64,000 nucleotides of DNA from Pavona decussata. Lineage: Eukaryota. The notes under the pieces are model-generated. The model was not told where the DNA came from. It worked only from the letters and a program-made list of their open reading frames with translations, and did not search any database. Position numbers and translations under genes: made by a program. Location: positions 2,108,001-2,172,000 of the forward strand of contig CDRNST010000038.1 in assembly GCA_977016875.1 (NCBI GenBank), read 5' to 3'. Position 1 is the first letter of the stretch. Each line of letters opens with the position of its first letter. Positions 36,235 to 50,367 of this stretch are shown here, piece after piece.

Positions 36235-37263
36235 ATGAACACAACGGTGAATGGATCGAGCTATTTGAGTCCGTTCAATTCTACAGCAGCTAAGATTGGA
36301 CAAACCTTTGCTTACTACGTGATATTCGCCGTTTCGCTGCTTGGGAATTCCTTTCTGGCAATAATTGTTTACAAAACGCAAAGTTTGAGAAAACCAATCA
36401 ACTTCTTTATCGTCAACATGGCCATGTCCGACCTGTTGTCTCCAATATTCCTGATCCCTGCGAACCTGTTCTATCCGTACACGGACTCCTGGCTTAATAT
36501 GAGCCGTCCACTGGGCCGGGCGTTGTGTAAACTGGTTGCCGTGTCAATGTCTGTCTCCTCTTCTGTGTCTATCCAAAGCCTGCTTCTGATAGCCGTGGAT
36601 CGACTTGGAGCTGTGCTATTTCCCCTCCGTTCTCCACTCATCAGTTCAAAGCTGTGCCGCTTCTTCATTCTCGGCACCTGCATCGTTGCGATATCAGTAG
36701 CCACGCCATATTTCTCCACCTGGAAACCTAATGAATATCAAGAACAACTAGTTTGTAGCAGGCGATGGAATGAAACCGTTGGAAAGTTCTCATCCTATGA
36801 ATATTTTCTTCTTGCAGCATTCGTTGTATTTCTTTATGTCCCTATCGCCATGTTCGCCGTACTTTACTCTATCATCGTTATCAAGCTCAAATCACAGAAG
36901 ATTCCAGGCGAGCAATCGGCCATCGCTAAGCAACAACGAGCAAAAAGAAACAGAAACGTGTTCAAGATGGCCATTACTATCGTGTCAGGGTTTGTACTGT
37001 GCTGGATACCCTTCAGTATTGGCATCTTACTATTGTACTCCGCACGGGACGCTTTGCCTTGTGGCTTCTATATCTTTCGGAATATTACCCGGTTTATGCC
37101 TCCCATAAATTGTGCCATCAACCCTTGCATCTGTTTCATTTTCAGTACAAACTATCGTTCTGCTCTAAAGAGGCTCTCCAACTGTTTGCGCGGCGTAACT
37201 GTTTCAGTTAGGGGTGCAGCGAAGGGAGAGGAATTTTCCAACGCTCCCATCGTAACCCAGTAG
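36235..37263 (+). CDS. Intronless class A GPCR, copy 5 (C-terminally extended)
   Basis: 342-aa ORF with 7TM motifs. The paralogous stop TAA is GAA here, adding EFSNAPIVTQ. The TM4 Trp is replaced by Cys. Confidence 0.88.
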   Translation: MNTTVNGSSYLSPFNSTAAKIGQTFAYYVIFAVSLLGNSFLAIIVYKTQSLRKPINFFIVNMAMSDLLSPIFLIPANLFYPYTDSWLNMSRPLGRALCKLVAVSMSVSSSVSIQSLLLIAVDRLGAVLFPLRSPLISSKLCRFFILGTCIVAISVATPYFSTWKPNEYQEQLVCSRRWNETVGKFSSYEYFLLAAFVVFLYVPIAMFAVLYSIIVIKLKSQKIPGEQSAIAKQQRAKRNRNVFKMAITIVSGFVLCWIPFSIGILLLYSARDALPCGFYIFRNITRFMPPINCAINPCICFIFSTNYRSALKRLSNCLRGVTVSVRGAAKGEEFSNAPIVTQ

Positions 37264-40200
37264 CCAACAGTTTACAGCCGACGCTCTCTCGTAAAAATCA
37301 TAAGAAAACGTAGATCGATTCGTTCGTTTCTTTCAATTCATTTATTCTGTATTTCACATAAATTAAACAAAATTTAGGGAAACCTGCTAACTAATTCATG
37401 CAAAGTAAAGGAAAATTGTGAATTCAGCTGTGAATTTTGGCTTTTTAAAAGCTTTTGTACAAAACCCTAAGTGGTGGAGAACTGAACAGATGCCGAAAAT
37501 CGAAAAGAATTTTAAATTTGCCTGCTATGCTGTATTATTCATGTGTTTTAGCTTTTGCGTATTTAGGAAACTGATGAACAGCTAACAGTCGTTCTTTGAA
37601 ACTCTGCTGTAAATAAACATACAAGAAAGATGTCGAAAGGATTTTAAACCTTTCTTTTCTGGGATACCCCGGTTTAATCGTTTTATCATTGAGAAAACGG
37701 TACTTAGCTTACAAGATATGTTCTGATCTCTGTGAAAAAAAGTCACTGAATAAAATATTGCAACGCATCAGTGTATTTAGCTGCACTCTTGTGTCTCGCC
37801 TCCAACTTTCTGCCCCGTAAAAAGTTAAATTTATTAAATACCACTTTAACTTCTTGTTCAATCCCAGTTTCCTCCCTTATGTTCATCATACTACTTTCTG
37901 CTTGTTTTTACGATCGTTTGTTATCATGAGAAAAATATAGGTGCAAACATCATTTCAAAGGCAACAGTGGACAAAAATGTTCCTTCAATTTCAGCTGCCT
38001 TCCTGTGAATCAACAAACCATTCTTTTATCAAAATTTGCCTGTTTAATGGCTTTTTTGTTAGTTTTGAAATTAGTTTGAGTTACCTTAGAAACAAAATTC
38101 GGATTTACAGCGAAAAAGGGCTAAAATATTTGTAAGTAATTCTCTTAAGTACTCTTTTCCCTTGCCTACAAGTTTCAGATAAAGAAATCAAATTGAATAT
38201 CATCCTCATCTTCTCCGTCAACCACAGCCATTTCCTCCTTATATAATTACCAGCGCTACTTTTCTCTTTGTTTTATATGTTTACCTTCAATAAGAACTGA
38301 ATAACAGGTGTAAATATTAATTCAAGGCAAACTGAACTGTTCCTCCGCCCAAGTTATACGCGTATATGACTGTTATACACATCAAATCCGGCTTAGAACG
38401 TTTGGTTTTTTACTTCTATTTATTTTTCTTGAAAATCTCATTTAAATTTTCGACAAGTTTTCATTGCACCTTTTTGTCATTCATCGTTTCTAGGCCGTCC
38501 GTTCGTTAGTCTCCGTGCGAGCTTCCTGTCCACTTTTGCTGTTTTGCTATCCATGGCCAAAACGGAATTCACTTCCTGATATAAATCATATTTCCCCATC
38601 GTTTCTCACGAAAATAACTCTTCTTTACACCTGTTTTCAGTTACCGATCAGCTTTTAATCAAGATGAACGGAAAAAAGACTAAAAGCAAATAAAACGCAT
38701 CTACCTATGAATTAAAGCGGTGTAAAAGTCTATAAAAGGAAAAACTCGGTTGATATCTTTCGCTCATTGTCGTCCAAAACGCTCTGTTAATGGAACGGCT
38801 GCGACAAAATGATCTTAATGGCGGCTTCACTATGACAGTTGGCAGCAAAAGCAATTTTATTTTTCTTATGGTGATAGCTAAATACCTTATTATTAGTAGA
38901 TAAAGTTCACAATTGGCGGGAAATAAACATTCTCTTGTGCATGGCAAATGAGGGAAACAGCTCCAACGCACCAGGAAAAGTAGTTTAAATGTTTCTTTTG
39001 AATATGCCGATGTATCAATTTCCGACAAAATATTCAAAGCTTTGTCAGTACGAATTCAGGGTTACAAACTGTTTTTGTTTCAAGAAACTGTTGTTGTTTT
39101 GTGGTGAAACTGAAGGAAAGTGTTCAAAACTTGAGATGCGAAGGTTTGAAAGCTTTAATTTTGAGAAGACTGAAACAAATTTTAACAGTTGATCTGTGTA
39201 CATGCATACGTGCTGTATTCCTGTTTTTCTTTTGTTGGTCATTTCTGTTCAACATTTTCATTTGTAGGACACATAAGTTTCTCCGCAAAAAAACGTTTGA
39301 AAAACAGAAGCAGCAGACGATAGTTCACCGTGTTTAGTAGAAAACTTTTTTATTTTTCTTCTGATGCAACCGAACGTCAATATGAAGTAATATGCAAAAC
39401 TGTGTCCGGCCCATTTTAGCCAATGGCCTTCCGACTGAAGACGCAGGTTTGTTAAGAATGTCAACTCGATTGTGAGGTAATAACAAGTCCAGCAGAAGAA
39501 AAGAGACAGAAACCGCTTACAAAATAATAGACTTGAAGAGAGAAAATGGAATATGGACATGGAAAAATAACTGGGCTTATGTGCCGAACAATTCTAAACG
39601 GTTTGTTTCAAAACGAAGCCGCGAATAAATTGTTATTGTTGCCGCATACTGGAAGGCTTTTGACAGTTTTGCTGTAATTTGTTTCAGTGACGCCGGTCAC
39701 AATGTCATATGTGGTTTCAAGTTGCCGCTTTTAAGCGGGAAGTGGGTTAAAAGCTTTATTATGTGTATATATATTTTTAATTATAGTGCCCGTTATGAAA
39801 TATTTATCAAATCGTTATTTAATTATTGACAGTCGTTAGACTGATGTTCACTAATTTGAGCGTGGGACAAAAACCTATCTTACCGCCTGTTCACCTGTAA
39901 ATAAATAAAAAGGTTGCTTGGTTATTATTTTTTTCCCTCTAATGTTAACCTCCTTGCCCGTTTTAATTAACTCTACCAGGAAAAATATAATCACTCACGT
40001 TCGATAACCGAAACCATATTTAGCTAAATAATGTTCCTTTGTAGGGTGATTGTTATTTTATTTGCTACAAAAAGATACTTCTGTATAAGAATAAAGACGA
40101 CAAATGTTAATCTGAAACCAAATTTTGCATGTTGGCTTTTACAAGACGACCTTCTTTAAGGTTAGTTGTCAACAAAGCGCGTTAACGTCTCCTGCAGACG

Positions 40201-42216
40201 AACTTATATGCAATTTCTTACCAAGTAAACTGAGCAAAAGCTTTTCAGCCGGCTAATTTACGTTCGTTAAGCCGGATATATTTACGTGTGTACTTTACAC
40301 GCACGAAAACATCACTCAACTTTTTCCTCAAGGTAATCTTATCAATAAAGCGTTTCTCGAGACCGCAACGTATCTCATGCACAAATAACTTAAAGTTGAT
40401 CCAGCGCGAGACCTTTACTGTTTTCAAGCACAGCTTGCAGCAAAGTGAAGACATTTTTCCTGGACGGAATGAAAACTCTTAAGCTTGTACTTTGTTCAAC
40501 ATTTTCTGATATCATGAGTGATAATCCCCCGGGATAAAACTTCACCCCGAATGAAAAGTACCTAATCTGGAAAAAATAATATTTTAAACCCTAAACTTTT
40601 CTCCGTTCCGCCGTGAAAAATCGCTCGACTTCCAGTTGTTCCCGTTTATAATTGTCATTCTCATCTTTATCGGGCATTTTTTTAGCGGTGTGCTTTCGAA
40701 AAACATGATCTTAGCGGGATGAATCTCGTTTCGGGAGATTTCTTGACATCGTTCTGCAATCCCGGAATAAAACGCTTATGCAAACAAAACTTAATTTTTA
40801 TCCCAAGAAGATACTCTTGTTCGTCTCGTTCTGACTAGTGTAAGCGCGGCACTGTGTGGCCGTGCAATTGTAGTTTTTTTACTTGTAAGATGGGAGCGTG
40901 TCAGTATTGCGAGTGTATAGTTTTATTAATATCTAAGTGAGAATGCTTACACGGGAACTTTCCGTTAATATATCAGAGCATTCTCGCTTAAATGTGTCAG
41001 CTCAGAATTGTACGCTATAGACTACACTATACTCTGTTCACTTAATCTAAACTCTTTGAATTTACATCGAAATTAAGTCTACTTCGCCGAGCACTAAGAC
41101 TGTTCAGTCTTTTAAACAAAATCCATTTTAATCTTTCATCGGGATATCTTATGTCGGCTATTAACGATCACAAATTCATTTCTTAGAAAAAAAAATTGAA
41201 AAAAAAAAAAAAAAGAAAAGGACGAATTCTCTAAAAATCTTGTGGAGCGGGAACCAGGAGTCAGCTTTTCATAAAAATTTAACTGGTTCAAATGCTGCAG
41301 TAAAAAAGTTTGTGTAAGGTATATTAATTACGCCACCGTCAGCACAAAAATTGATGCTGCAAAGAAACAAAAACCTTTGATGGAAAAACTTTCAAAATTT
41401 GGTGTAACAGAGGAACAGAGGGTAACGCCATGTTCCTTTATTAAAGCTATCTTTACTGAGTAGATCACTTTGTGGCTTTCCCTCTTTTCAGGACAGAAAA
41501 ATTCAATAAAAGCTTGCTTAATATTGACCAAGATGTTTACATGATGTATCATATGTCACCATCAAAGGCAAGAGGGTTAAGAATTCTCAATTAAATGAGC
41601 CGTTTGAGAGAGCAAAAAGCAAAACGTTTAATTATTACATAGCAACTTGCGATCGTGTTATGCAAGTTTTAAAGGAAGTGAAGACCAGAAGTGCGCTTGA
41701 ATGAATAATTAAGTTCAACAGCAGCTAAAGGCCGAGTTCATGGATTATATTTTCAGGATCAAGTCTGTTGGGATAAGCTGGTTGCAAAGCTTCGGAGTTT
41801 GGTGAAACATTGAAAGAGAATCGAAATAGTGCACAGAGCACGTGCAGGCAGAAATATCTTAAAATTCTCGTCAGAAATCGTGAAGAAAAGTATTGTTGAC
41901 TCTCTCAAACAACTTCCTTGATAATTAACAAAAAGATAAAATAGCTTTTGGTATTAAACACATACCCTTCGTTAAGTGCTGTATGTTGTATTAGAGACTG
42001 ACAAACAGTTTGACGCAAACAGAGGAGGCGTATTGGCTGAACAGTGTTTTATGAATTAAAATCAGTGTTTTATGAATTAAAATCTTTTAATCCTTGCGTG
42101 TGAGGAATCGTAAACCAAAAGGCTATTTGTCATTAAGCATAAATACTGCAACACTTGATCCTGAGAAACCAGACGCGTTTAAAAGAGGAAACAGAGCCAT
42201 TAGAAAGTCAGCAAAC

Positions 42217-43219
42217 GTGAGCACAACGGTAAATGGATCGAGCTGTCCGAGTCCGTCCAATTCCACAGCAGCTAAGATTGGACAAACCTTTGCTGGTTGC
42301 CTGATCTTCGTCATCTCGCTGCTTGGGAATTCCTTCATAGCAATAATTGTTTACAAAACGCAAAGTTTGAGAAAACCAATCAATTTCTTTATCGTCAACA
42401 TGGCCATGTCCGATCGACCTGCTGTCTCCAATATTCCTTTTCCCGCGGCAGCTTACCTATCTGTACACAGACGCCTGGCTTAATATCAGTGGTCCCCTTG
42501 GCCAGGCCTTGTGTAAAATGGTTGCCGTCTCAATCTTTGTCTCCTCTGCTGTGTCTATTCAAAGTCTTATTCTGATAGCTGTGGATCGATTTGGAGCTGT
42601 GGTATTTCCCCTCCGTTCCCCACTCATGAGTTCAAAGATGTGCCCCTTCTTCATTCTCGGCACCTGGATCGTTGCGATATCAGTAGCCTCGCCATATTTC
42701 TCCACCGGGAAACCTAATGAATATCAAGAACAACTAGTTTGTAGCAGGCGATGGAAAGAAACCTTTGGAAAATCCTCATCCTATGAATATTTTCCTCTTG
42801 CAGCATTCGTTGTATTTCTTTATGTCCCTATCGCCATGTTGGCCGTACTTTACTCTATCATCGTTATCAAGCTCAAGTCACAGAAGATTCCAGGCGAGCA
42901 ATCGACCATCGCTAAGCACCAACGAGCAAAAAGAAACAGAAACGTGTTCAAGATGGCCATTGCTATCGTGTTAGGGTTTGTACTGTGCTGGATACCCTAC
43001 AGTATTGGCATCTTACTATCGTACTTCGCACGGGACGCTTTGCGTTGTGGCTTCTATATCTTTCGAAATATTACCCGGTTTATGCCTCCCTTAAATTGTG
43101 TCATCAACCCTTGCATCTGTTTCATTTTCAGTACAAGCTATCGTTCTGCTCTAACGAGGCTCTTCAACTGTTTGCGCGGCGCAACTGTTTCAGTTAGCGG
43201 TGCAGCGCAGAGAGAGTAA
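42217..43219 (+). pseudogene. GPCR copy 6, frameshifted pseudogene
   Basis: Start is GTG where paralogs have ATG. A 4-bp insertion (atgtc cgat cgac ctg vs atgtccgacctg) at ~42411 splits the reading frame into ORFs 42094-42483 and 42509-43219. Confidence 0.88.
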
Positions 43220-46200
43220 TTTCCCAACGCTCCCATCGTAACCCAGTAGCCAACAGTTCGCAGAACGCTCTCTCGTAAAAATCATAAAAAAACGTAGATC
43301 GATTCGTTCGTTTCTTTCAATTCATTTATGCTGTATTCCACATAAATTAAACAAAATTTAGGGAAACCTGCTAACTAATTCATGCAAAGTAAAAGAAAAT
43401 TGTGAATTCGGCTGTGAATTTTGGCTTTTTAAAGGTATAATCGCTTTTGTACGAAACCCTAAGTTGTGGAGAACTGAAAAGATGCCGACTAATCGAAAAG
43501 AATTTTAAATTTGCCAGCTATGCTGTATTATTCATGTGTTTTAGCTTTTGCACATTTAGGAAACTGATGAACAGCTAACAGTCGTTCTTTGAAACTCTGC
43601 TGTAAATAAACATACAAGAAAGATGTCGAAAGGATTTTAAACCTTTCTTTTCTGGGATACCCCCGTTTAATCGTTTTATCATTGAGAAAACGATACTTAG
43701 CTTAGAGGATATGTTCTGATCTCTGTGAAAAAAAGTCACTGAATAAAATATCGCAACGCATCAGTGTATTAAGGTGCACTCTTGTGTCTCGCCTCCAACT
43801 TTCTGCCCCGTAAAAAGTTAAATTTATTAAATACCACCTTAACTTCTTGTTCAATCCCGGTTTCGTCCCTTATGTTCATCATACTACTTTCTGCTTGTTT
43901 TTACGATCGTTTGTTATCATGAGAAAAATATGGGTGCAAACATCATTTCAAAGGCAACAGTCGACAAAAACGTTCCTTCAATTTCAGCTGCCTTCCTGTG
44001 AATCAACAAACCATTCTTTTATCAAAATTTGCCTGTATAATTGCTTTGTTGTTACTTTCGAAATTAGTTTGAGTTACCTTAGAAACAAAATTCGAGTTTA
44101 CAGTAAAAAAGCGCTAAAATATTTGTAACTAATTGTCTTTAGTACTCTTTTCTCTCGCCTCCGAGTTTCAGATAAAGAAATCAAATTGAATATCATCCTC
44201 ATCTTCTCCGTCAACCACACCCATTTCCTCCTTATATAATTACCAGCCCTACTTTTCTCTTTGTTTTACGTTTACCTTTTATAAGAAGTGAATAACAGGT
44301 GTAAATATTATTTCAAAGTGAACTGAACTGTTCTTCCGCCCAAGTTAGTCGCGTATTTGACTGTTATACTCATCAAATCCGCCTTAGAACGTTTGGTTTT
44401 TTACTTCTATTTATTTTTCTTAAAAATCTCATTTAAATTTTCAACTAGTTTTCATTGCACCTTATTGCCATTGATCGTGTCTAGGCCGTCCGTTCGTTAG
44501 TCTCCGTGCGAGCTTCCTGTCCACTTTTGCTGTTTTGCTATCCATGGCCAAAACGGAATTCACTTCCTGATATAAATTATATTTCTTCTTCCTTTCTCTC
44601 AAAAATAACTTTTCCTCACACCTGTTTTACCGATCGGCTTTTAATCAACATGAACGGAAAAAAAGACTAAAAGCAAATAAAACGCATCTGCGTATGAATT
44701 AGAGCCGTGTAGAAATCTATAAAAGGAAAAACTCGGCTGATATCTCTCGCTTATTATCGTCCAAAACGCTCTGTTAGTGGAACGGCTGCGACAAAAAGAT
44801 CTTAATGGCTAATAGCTATGACAGTTGGTAGCAAAAGCAATTTTATTTTTCTGATGGTGTTAGCCAAATACCTTATTATTAGTAGATAAAGTTCACAATT
44901 GATGGGAAATAACCATTCCTTGTGCATGGCAAATGAGGAAACAGCTCCTTAGTACGCACCAGGAAAAGTAGTTTAATGTTTCTTTTGAATATGCCGATGC
45001 ATCATTTTCCGACAAACATATCGCGAAATATTCAAAGCTTTGTCAGTACGAATCCAAGGTTACAAACTGTTTTTGTTTCAAGAAACTGTTGTTGTTTTAT
45101 GATGAAACTGAAGGAAAGTGTTCAAACCTTGAGATGTTAAGGTTTAAATGCAGACTGAAACAAATTTTAACAGTTGATCTGTGGACATTAAGGCGTGCCG
45201 TCTTTCCGTTTTTCTTTTGTTAATTCTATTTCTCTTCAACATTCCGTTTGTCTAGACTATTGATTTGTAGGACACAAGTTTCTCCACGAAAAAACGTTCG
45301 AAAAATAGAAGCAGCCGACCACAGTCCATCTTGTATAGAGTTAAAAACTTTTTGAATTTCGTTATTATGCAACCGAACGCTGGACAGCTGGGTGTAAAAA
45401 GAGAGAGACATTATGGAACAAAGTTAGTGTTGTCCGTACGAAATAATAGGAGGCGGATGTCCGGCCCTTTCCAGCCAATGACCTTCCGACTGAAGGCGTT
45501 AGCGAGGAAGATTAGAACGACTTTGCCAGAATAACACCTCCACCAGAAACATGAGAACCTTTCCTCGGAAATCGAACAAAATTTTACCCTACTCATCGAC
45601 TACAAGCTTGTTGAAAATGTCAACTCGATTGTCAGGTAATAACAAGTCCAGCAGAAGAAAAGAGACAGAAACCGCTTATAAGATAATAAACTTGAAGAGA
45701 GAAAATGGAATATGGAGATAGAAAACACCTGAGAGATAAAAATGACTAGGCTTATGTGCCAAATAATTCTAAACGATTTATTTTCAAGACGAAGCGGCGA
45801 ATAATTTGTCATTGTTGCATACTACAAGGCTTTTGACAGTTTTGCTGTAATTGGTTGCAGTTACGCCGGTCAGAATGTCATTTGTGGTTTCGAGTTGCCG
45901 CTTTTAAGTGGAAAGTGGGTTAAAAGCTACGTTATGTGTACATTCACTTTTAATAAAAGTGGCCTTCATGAATTATTTAACAAATCATTATTTTAATTGT
46001 TGTACAGTCACGAATTTGAGTTTCGACTATAGGCCTATTTCACCGTTTGCTCACCTGACAATTAAACAAAAAGGTTTCTTGTTTATTCCTATTTCCTCTA
46101 ACGGTTAACCGATTTGCCTGTTTTAATTTACTCTATCAACACAAAAATAGTCACTGACTTTCGATAACCAGGCAACTATCTACCAAGATATGTTTACATT

Positions 46201-46743
46201 ATGTAACATTTGTGCTATCAAAGGCAAGAAAGTTATGGTTCCTCAATTCAATGAGCGGATTAAGCGTGCGAAAAGCTTAACCTTTAAATTTACATAGTGC
46301 TTATGGGTGATCGCGTTTTTCAAGTTTTAAGTAAAGTTGAACACCAGCGGTGCGCTTGAATGAATAATTACGTAAAGAGCAACTAAAGGCCGAGTTATAG
46401 ATTATATTTTCCGCAGGATCACGACTGTAGGGATAAGCTGGAGCTGCTGTGTTTTAGCTTTTGTACGTTTAGAAAACTTTTCTGAACAGCTAACAGTCGT
46501 TCTTTGAAAACTCCGCTTGTAAATAAACATACAAGAAAGATGTCAAAAGGATTTTAAACCTTTCTTTTCTGGAATATCCCCGTTTAATCGTTTTATCATT
46601 GAGAAAACGCTACTAAGTTTACAAGATATGTTCTGATCTCTGTGAAAAAAAAGTCAATAAAATATTCTAACGCAGAATTTTTTTAGATAAAACTAGTGAG
46701 CAGCACGTCTGCGAACTCTTACAGTTGTAAAACGATTTATTTT

Positions 46744-46786
46744 CTCCTACGCGTTTTGTGTGACTAACGCACACTTCGTCAGGGAG
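46744..46786 (-). ncRNA. Hammerhead ribozyme in the inverted repeat, core mutated (GAAA>AAAA)
   Basis: Same as 30024-30066. Confidence 0.68.
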
Positions 46787-48004
46787 TTTTACAATACAAC
46801 ACAAGTGACCTGTATATATATCTACATAAAAGACTAAAGTAAATTTTACATTACGTAAAACCGCACATACGCTAGCGCATTTACATGTAGGAAACAGGCG
46901 AAGAGGTGTGCAAGGCGTTACATATTTTGTGCTTGACATATTAATTTTGGGGCCCACAGTTTTAGCTAAGCGCTGGACTCAAGCGATGATGATCGGACGA
47001 TGAAGAGCCAGCACCAATACCCTCCGGTAGCCACTCCAAACTTGATTCTACAATCAAGTCTATTCTGAGAAAGAGAGTCGGTGAATGCCAAGACAGCAAA
47101 AAGTCTCGCTCGGTTCTCTTGGCAAGAATCAAAGTACTGACGCACCATGCAGCAGAAGGCACGATTCCCAAGGGCCTTCGCATTCGAAACGTTAAAGCCA
47201 AAGGCAATAACGAAACTCTGCAAGCGAAATTTGACGACATTATTCGTGAGGCAGAACTCAAGCTGCTGGACGCTGCTATTGATAATCTCCGCACAGATGT
47301 AGAAGCTAACCGGGGAGAGCTCAGAGAGAGAGAAGCAAACGTTGATGGTGCCATTTGCAAGTGGAAGACCTACCTCATTCAAAGTAAGGAAATCACTTCA
47401 GAGCAGGTGGACAGTCTCGTCGAAACGGCAACATCATTTGCGGAAAACCTCTCCTCAGACAACGCAATCAATCGCTTCGAAAGCGCTGCAAGCGCTACAA
47501 GCGGATATTGCTCTCAAAGAGAGCAAACTGCGAGAAAGCATGGAATTGAACGAGGCCTTTATCCCATCAGAACAGTCGATTCGCGAAATATTCAGGCAGG
47601 AAATTCATCGCGCAAACGATGTTCAACCTGTCGCCAGCGACCGGCAAAGAAAGGTCTCCTTCTCCAGCAACCCTGGAAGACAAAGTCGCTCAAAACGACA
47701 ACAACACAAGCCGCGTCGACAGGGTTCATCAAAGTCGCGGCAAAGTCGTTCCAAATCGCCGAGTTCAAATCCGTCTAAACGGGTCAATCGTCCTCGCTCG
47801 TCGGCAAAAAACGCCCAGGGTAAAGGTTCCGGCCCCGCAAAATAGACAGTCGTTCTCCCGAGGAAAAACGGCTTTTCAAATTGGCAACACGACCTTCTTC
47901 CACGGAACTTGGAAATCCACAACTTTTCTCATGTAAATCTCACTGAGCGCCAGTCCAAATTTTATGTAGATATATATACAGGTCACTTATCTTGTATTGT
48001 AAAA

Positions 48005-48047
48005 CTCCCTGACGAAGTGTGCGTTGGTCACACGAAACGTGTAGGAG
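48005..48047 (+). ncRNA. Minimal type I hammerhead ribozyme
   Basis: Identical motif to 31304-31346. Confidence 0.8.
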
Positions 48048-49601
48048 AAAATAAATCGTTTTACAACTGTAAGAGTTCGCAGACGTGCTGCTCAGTAGTT
48101 TTATCTAAAAAATTCACTCTTGTGTCTCGCCTCCAACTTTCTACCCCGCAAACAGTTAAATTTGTTAAATACTACCTTAACTTCTTGTTCAATCCCAGTT
48201 CCCTCACTTCTGTTCATCATACTACTTTCTCTTTGTTTTTAACATCGTTTGTTATGAGAACAAAAAGAGGTGCAAACATCATTTCAAAGGAAACAGTCGA
48301 CTAAAACTGTCCTTCGATTTCAGCTGCCTTCCTGTGAATAAACACATATGAAAATATGTGAAGCGATTTTAGACCATTCTTTGGTCCAAATTTGCCTCAA
48401 TGATGGCTTTGTTGTTGAAAATTAGCTCGAGTTACTTTAAAAGCGATATTCGGATTTGCAATAAAAAAATCGATAAAATATTTGAAAGTAGATCTCTTCA
48501 GTAATCTTCTCTCTCGCCTCCGAGCTTTAGAGAAAAATAAATAACTGAATATCATCCTCATCTTCTCCTTTAACCACGCTATTGTTCTCCTCAGTTTATA
48601 ACCAGCTGTTATTGCTGTTTTCTCTTCGCAAGAAGTAACAGGTTCTCCCACCCAAGTCAGAAGTTTATATCTGTTAAGCTCATCAAATCCGGATTAGAAC
48701 TCATGAGTTTTGGTTTGGTTTTTTACTTCTAGTTTAATATTTTCTTGGAAAACCTGAATTGAATTTTCAAAAAGCTTTCATTGTGCTTTCGAGTTGCCGC
48801 TTTTAAGCGGGAAGTAAGCTAAAAGCTAAGTTATGTACACATTCATTTTTAATTATGGTGCCTGCCATCATGAAATATTACAAATCTGTACTTTAATTAT
48901 TTATTGTTCAACCAGACTAGGAGTTAACTGCTTCTTCCTGTCAATTAAACAAAAAGGTTTCTTGGTTATTTCCATTTTCCTCTTACTTTTTCCATTAACC
49001 TCTTAACCCGTTTTAGTTTACTCTATCAATACAAAAAAAAAATCACTCTTTTTCGATAACAGCACCTATCTTTTGTTAAAAGCTGCTTCTTTGTAGGGTG
49101 ATTGTCATTTTGTTTTTGTCGGATACTTATGTATGAGAATAAGGACGAAAAATAATTATTAGCAGCCAAGTTTTGCATGTTGGCGTTTGTACCGTATAAG
49201 GAAACTCTTTCAAGGTTAATTGTCATCAACGCCCGTTCTCGTCTCGTGCGTACGACGAACTTAACTACATTTACGTATGAAGTAAACTGAGTAAAGGCTT
49301 TTCAGCTTGCTTTCTTACGTTTGCAAAGCCGGATATATTTGTAGTCACATTGAGACCGACTGTCTGTAAAAGTCTGTAAAAGCTATCAACTTAACGTAAA
49401 AATTGGCTTTTTCTATTTACTTCGTCACAACCAAATCAAAATGAATTCAAATCTGTAGTGGAATCCTCCAACTCCGGAGACCAAAACAGATTTGAACCTT
49501 TCAAACGTTTATATACCAACAGTTCTCGACGCTTTTTTAATTCTCGAGGGGAGAAAACCTTTTTGTGGGTACTGCACTGTATAGTGCTCTACCTACTATG
49601 T

Positions 49602-49785
49602 NNNNNNNNNNNNNNNNNNNNNNNNNNNNNNNNNNNNNNNNNNNNNNNNNNNNNNNNNNNNNNNNNNNNNNNNNNNNNNNNNNNNNNNNNNNNNNNNNNN
49701 NNNNNNNNNNNNNNNNNNNNNNNNNNNNNNNNNNNNNNNNNNNNNNNNNNNNNNNNNNNNNNNNNNNNNNNNNNNNNNNNNNNNN
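49602..49785. other. Assembly gap
   Basis: N run. Confidence 0.99.
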
Positions 49786-50313
49786 ACAACGGGTAAAAAC
49801 AGCTATAAGTAGAGCCCCAGGCAACACTTTCTCCAGACACTTTTTTCGTGCTCTCCGCCTCGCTTCCTTGCGTTCTTTTCCCCTTCACGCTTTTGTGTTA
49901 TTTATTATATAACGCTATATAGCACAGCATTTGATATTAAGCATTCATAAAAAACGTTAACGAGTAAACAAATTTGAAAAGTGAGGGGTGTTTTGCCTTG
50001 CTGTCTGTTTTAGTTGAGTAATTGTAGGCACAATTGCGCATGCGGTCTCACAAATCATAGCCAGAGTTATATATTTTTTTCTTTGATGACTTTATTTTCA
50101 AAACTTACTTTTTGAGCAAAATAGAACCTGACAAAATTAAACAATCTCTGATGCAACATGCCAGAGAAGGTAATAATTATTGTGTTTTAATTAGTCATGA
50201 CTTGTCGTACATTTGCTTTTGTCAGAATGATATTGAACGACGCTTTCGAATTTTCTTAAGTAGACTGAGGGATTACTGAGAGAAACAACAGAACCATTAG
50301 AAAGTCAGGAAAC

Positions 50314-50367
50314 ATGAACACAACGCATCATAATGTTTCGACCTGCTTCAGTTCAATGAATCCTTCA
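50314..50367 (+). pseudogene. Second 5' stub of a GPCR copy-2 paralog
   Basis: Essentially the same deletion junction as 35383-35435. Confidence 0.8.

Larger units (their letters stand above)
46675..48115 (+). mobile_element. Truncated Penelope-like retroelement, copy 2 (copied by segmental duplication)
   Basis: Same flanks and structure as 29956-31414, with different frameshifts. Confidence 0.78.
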
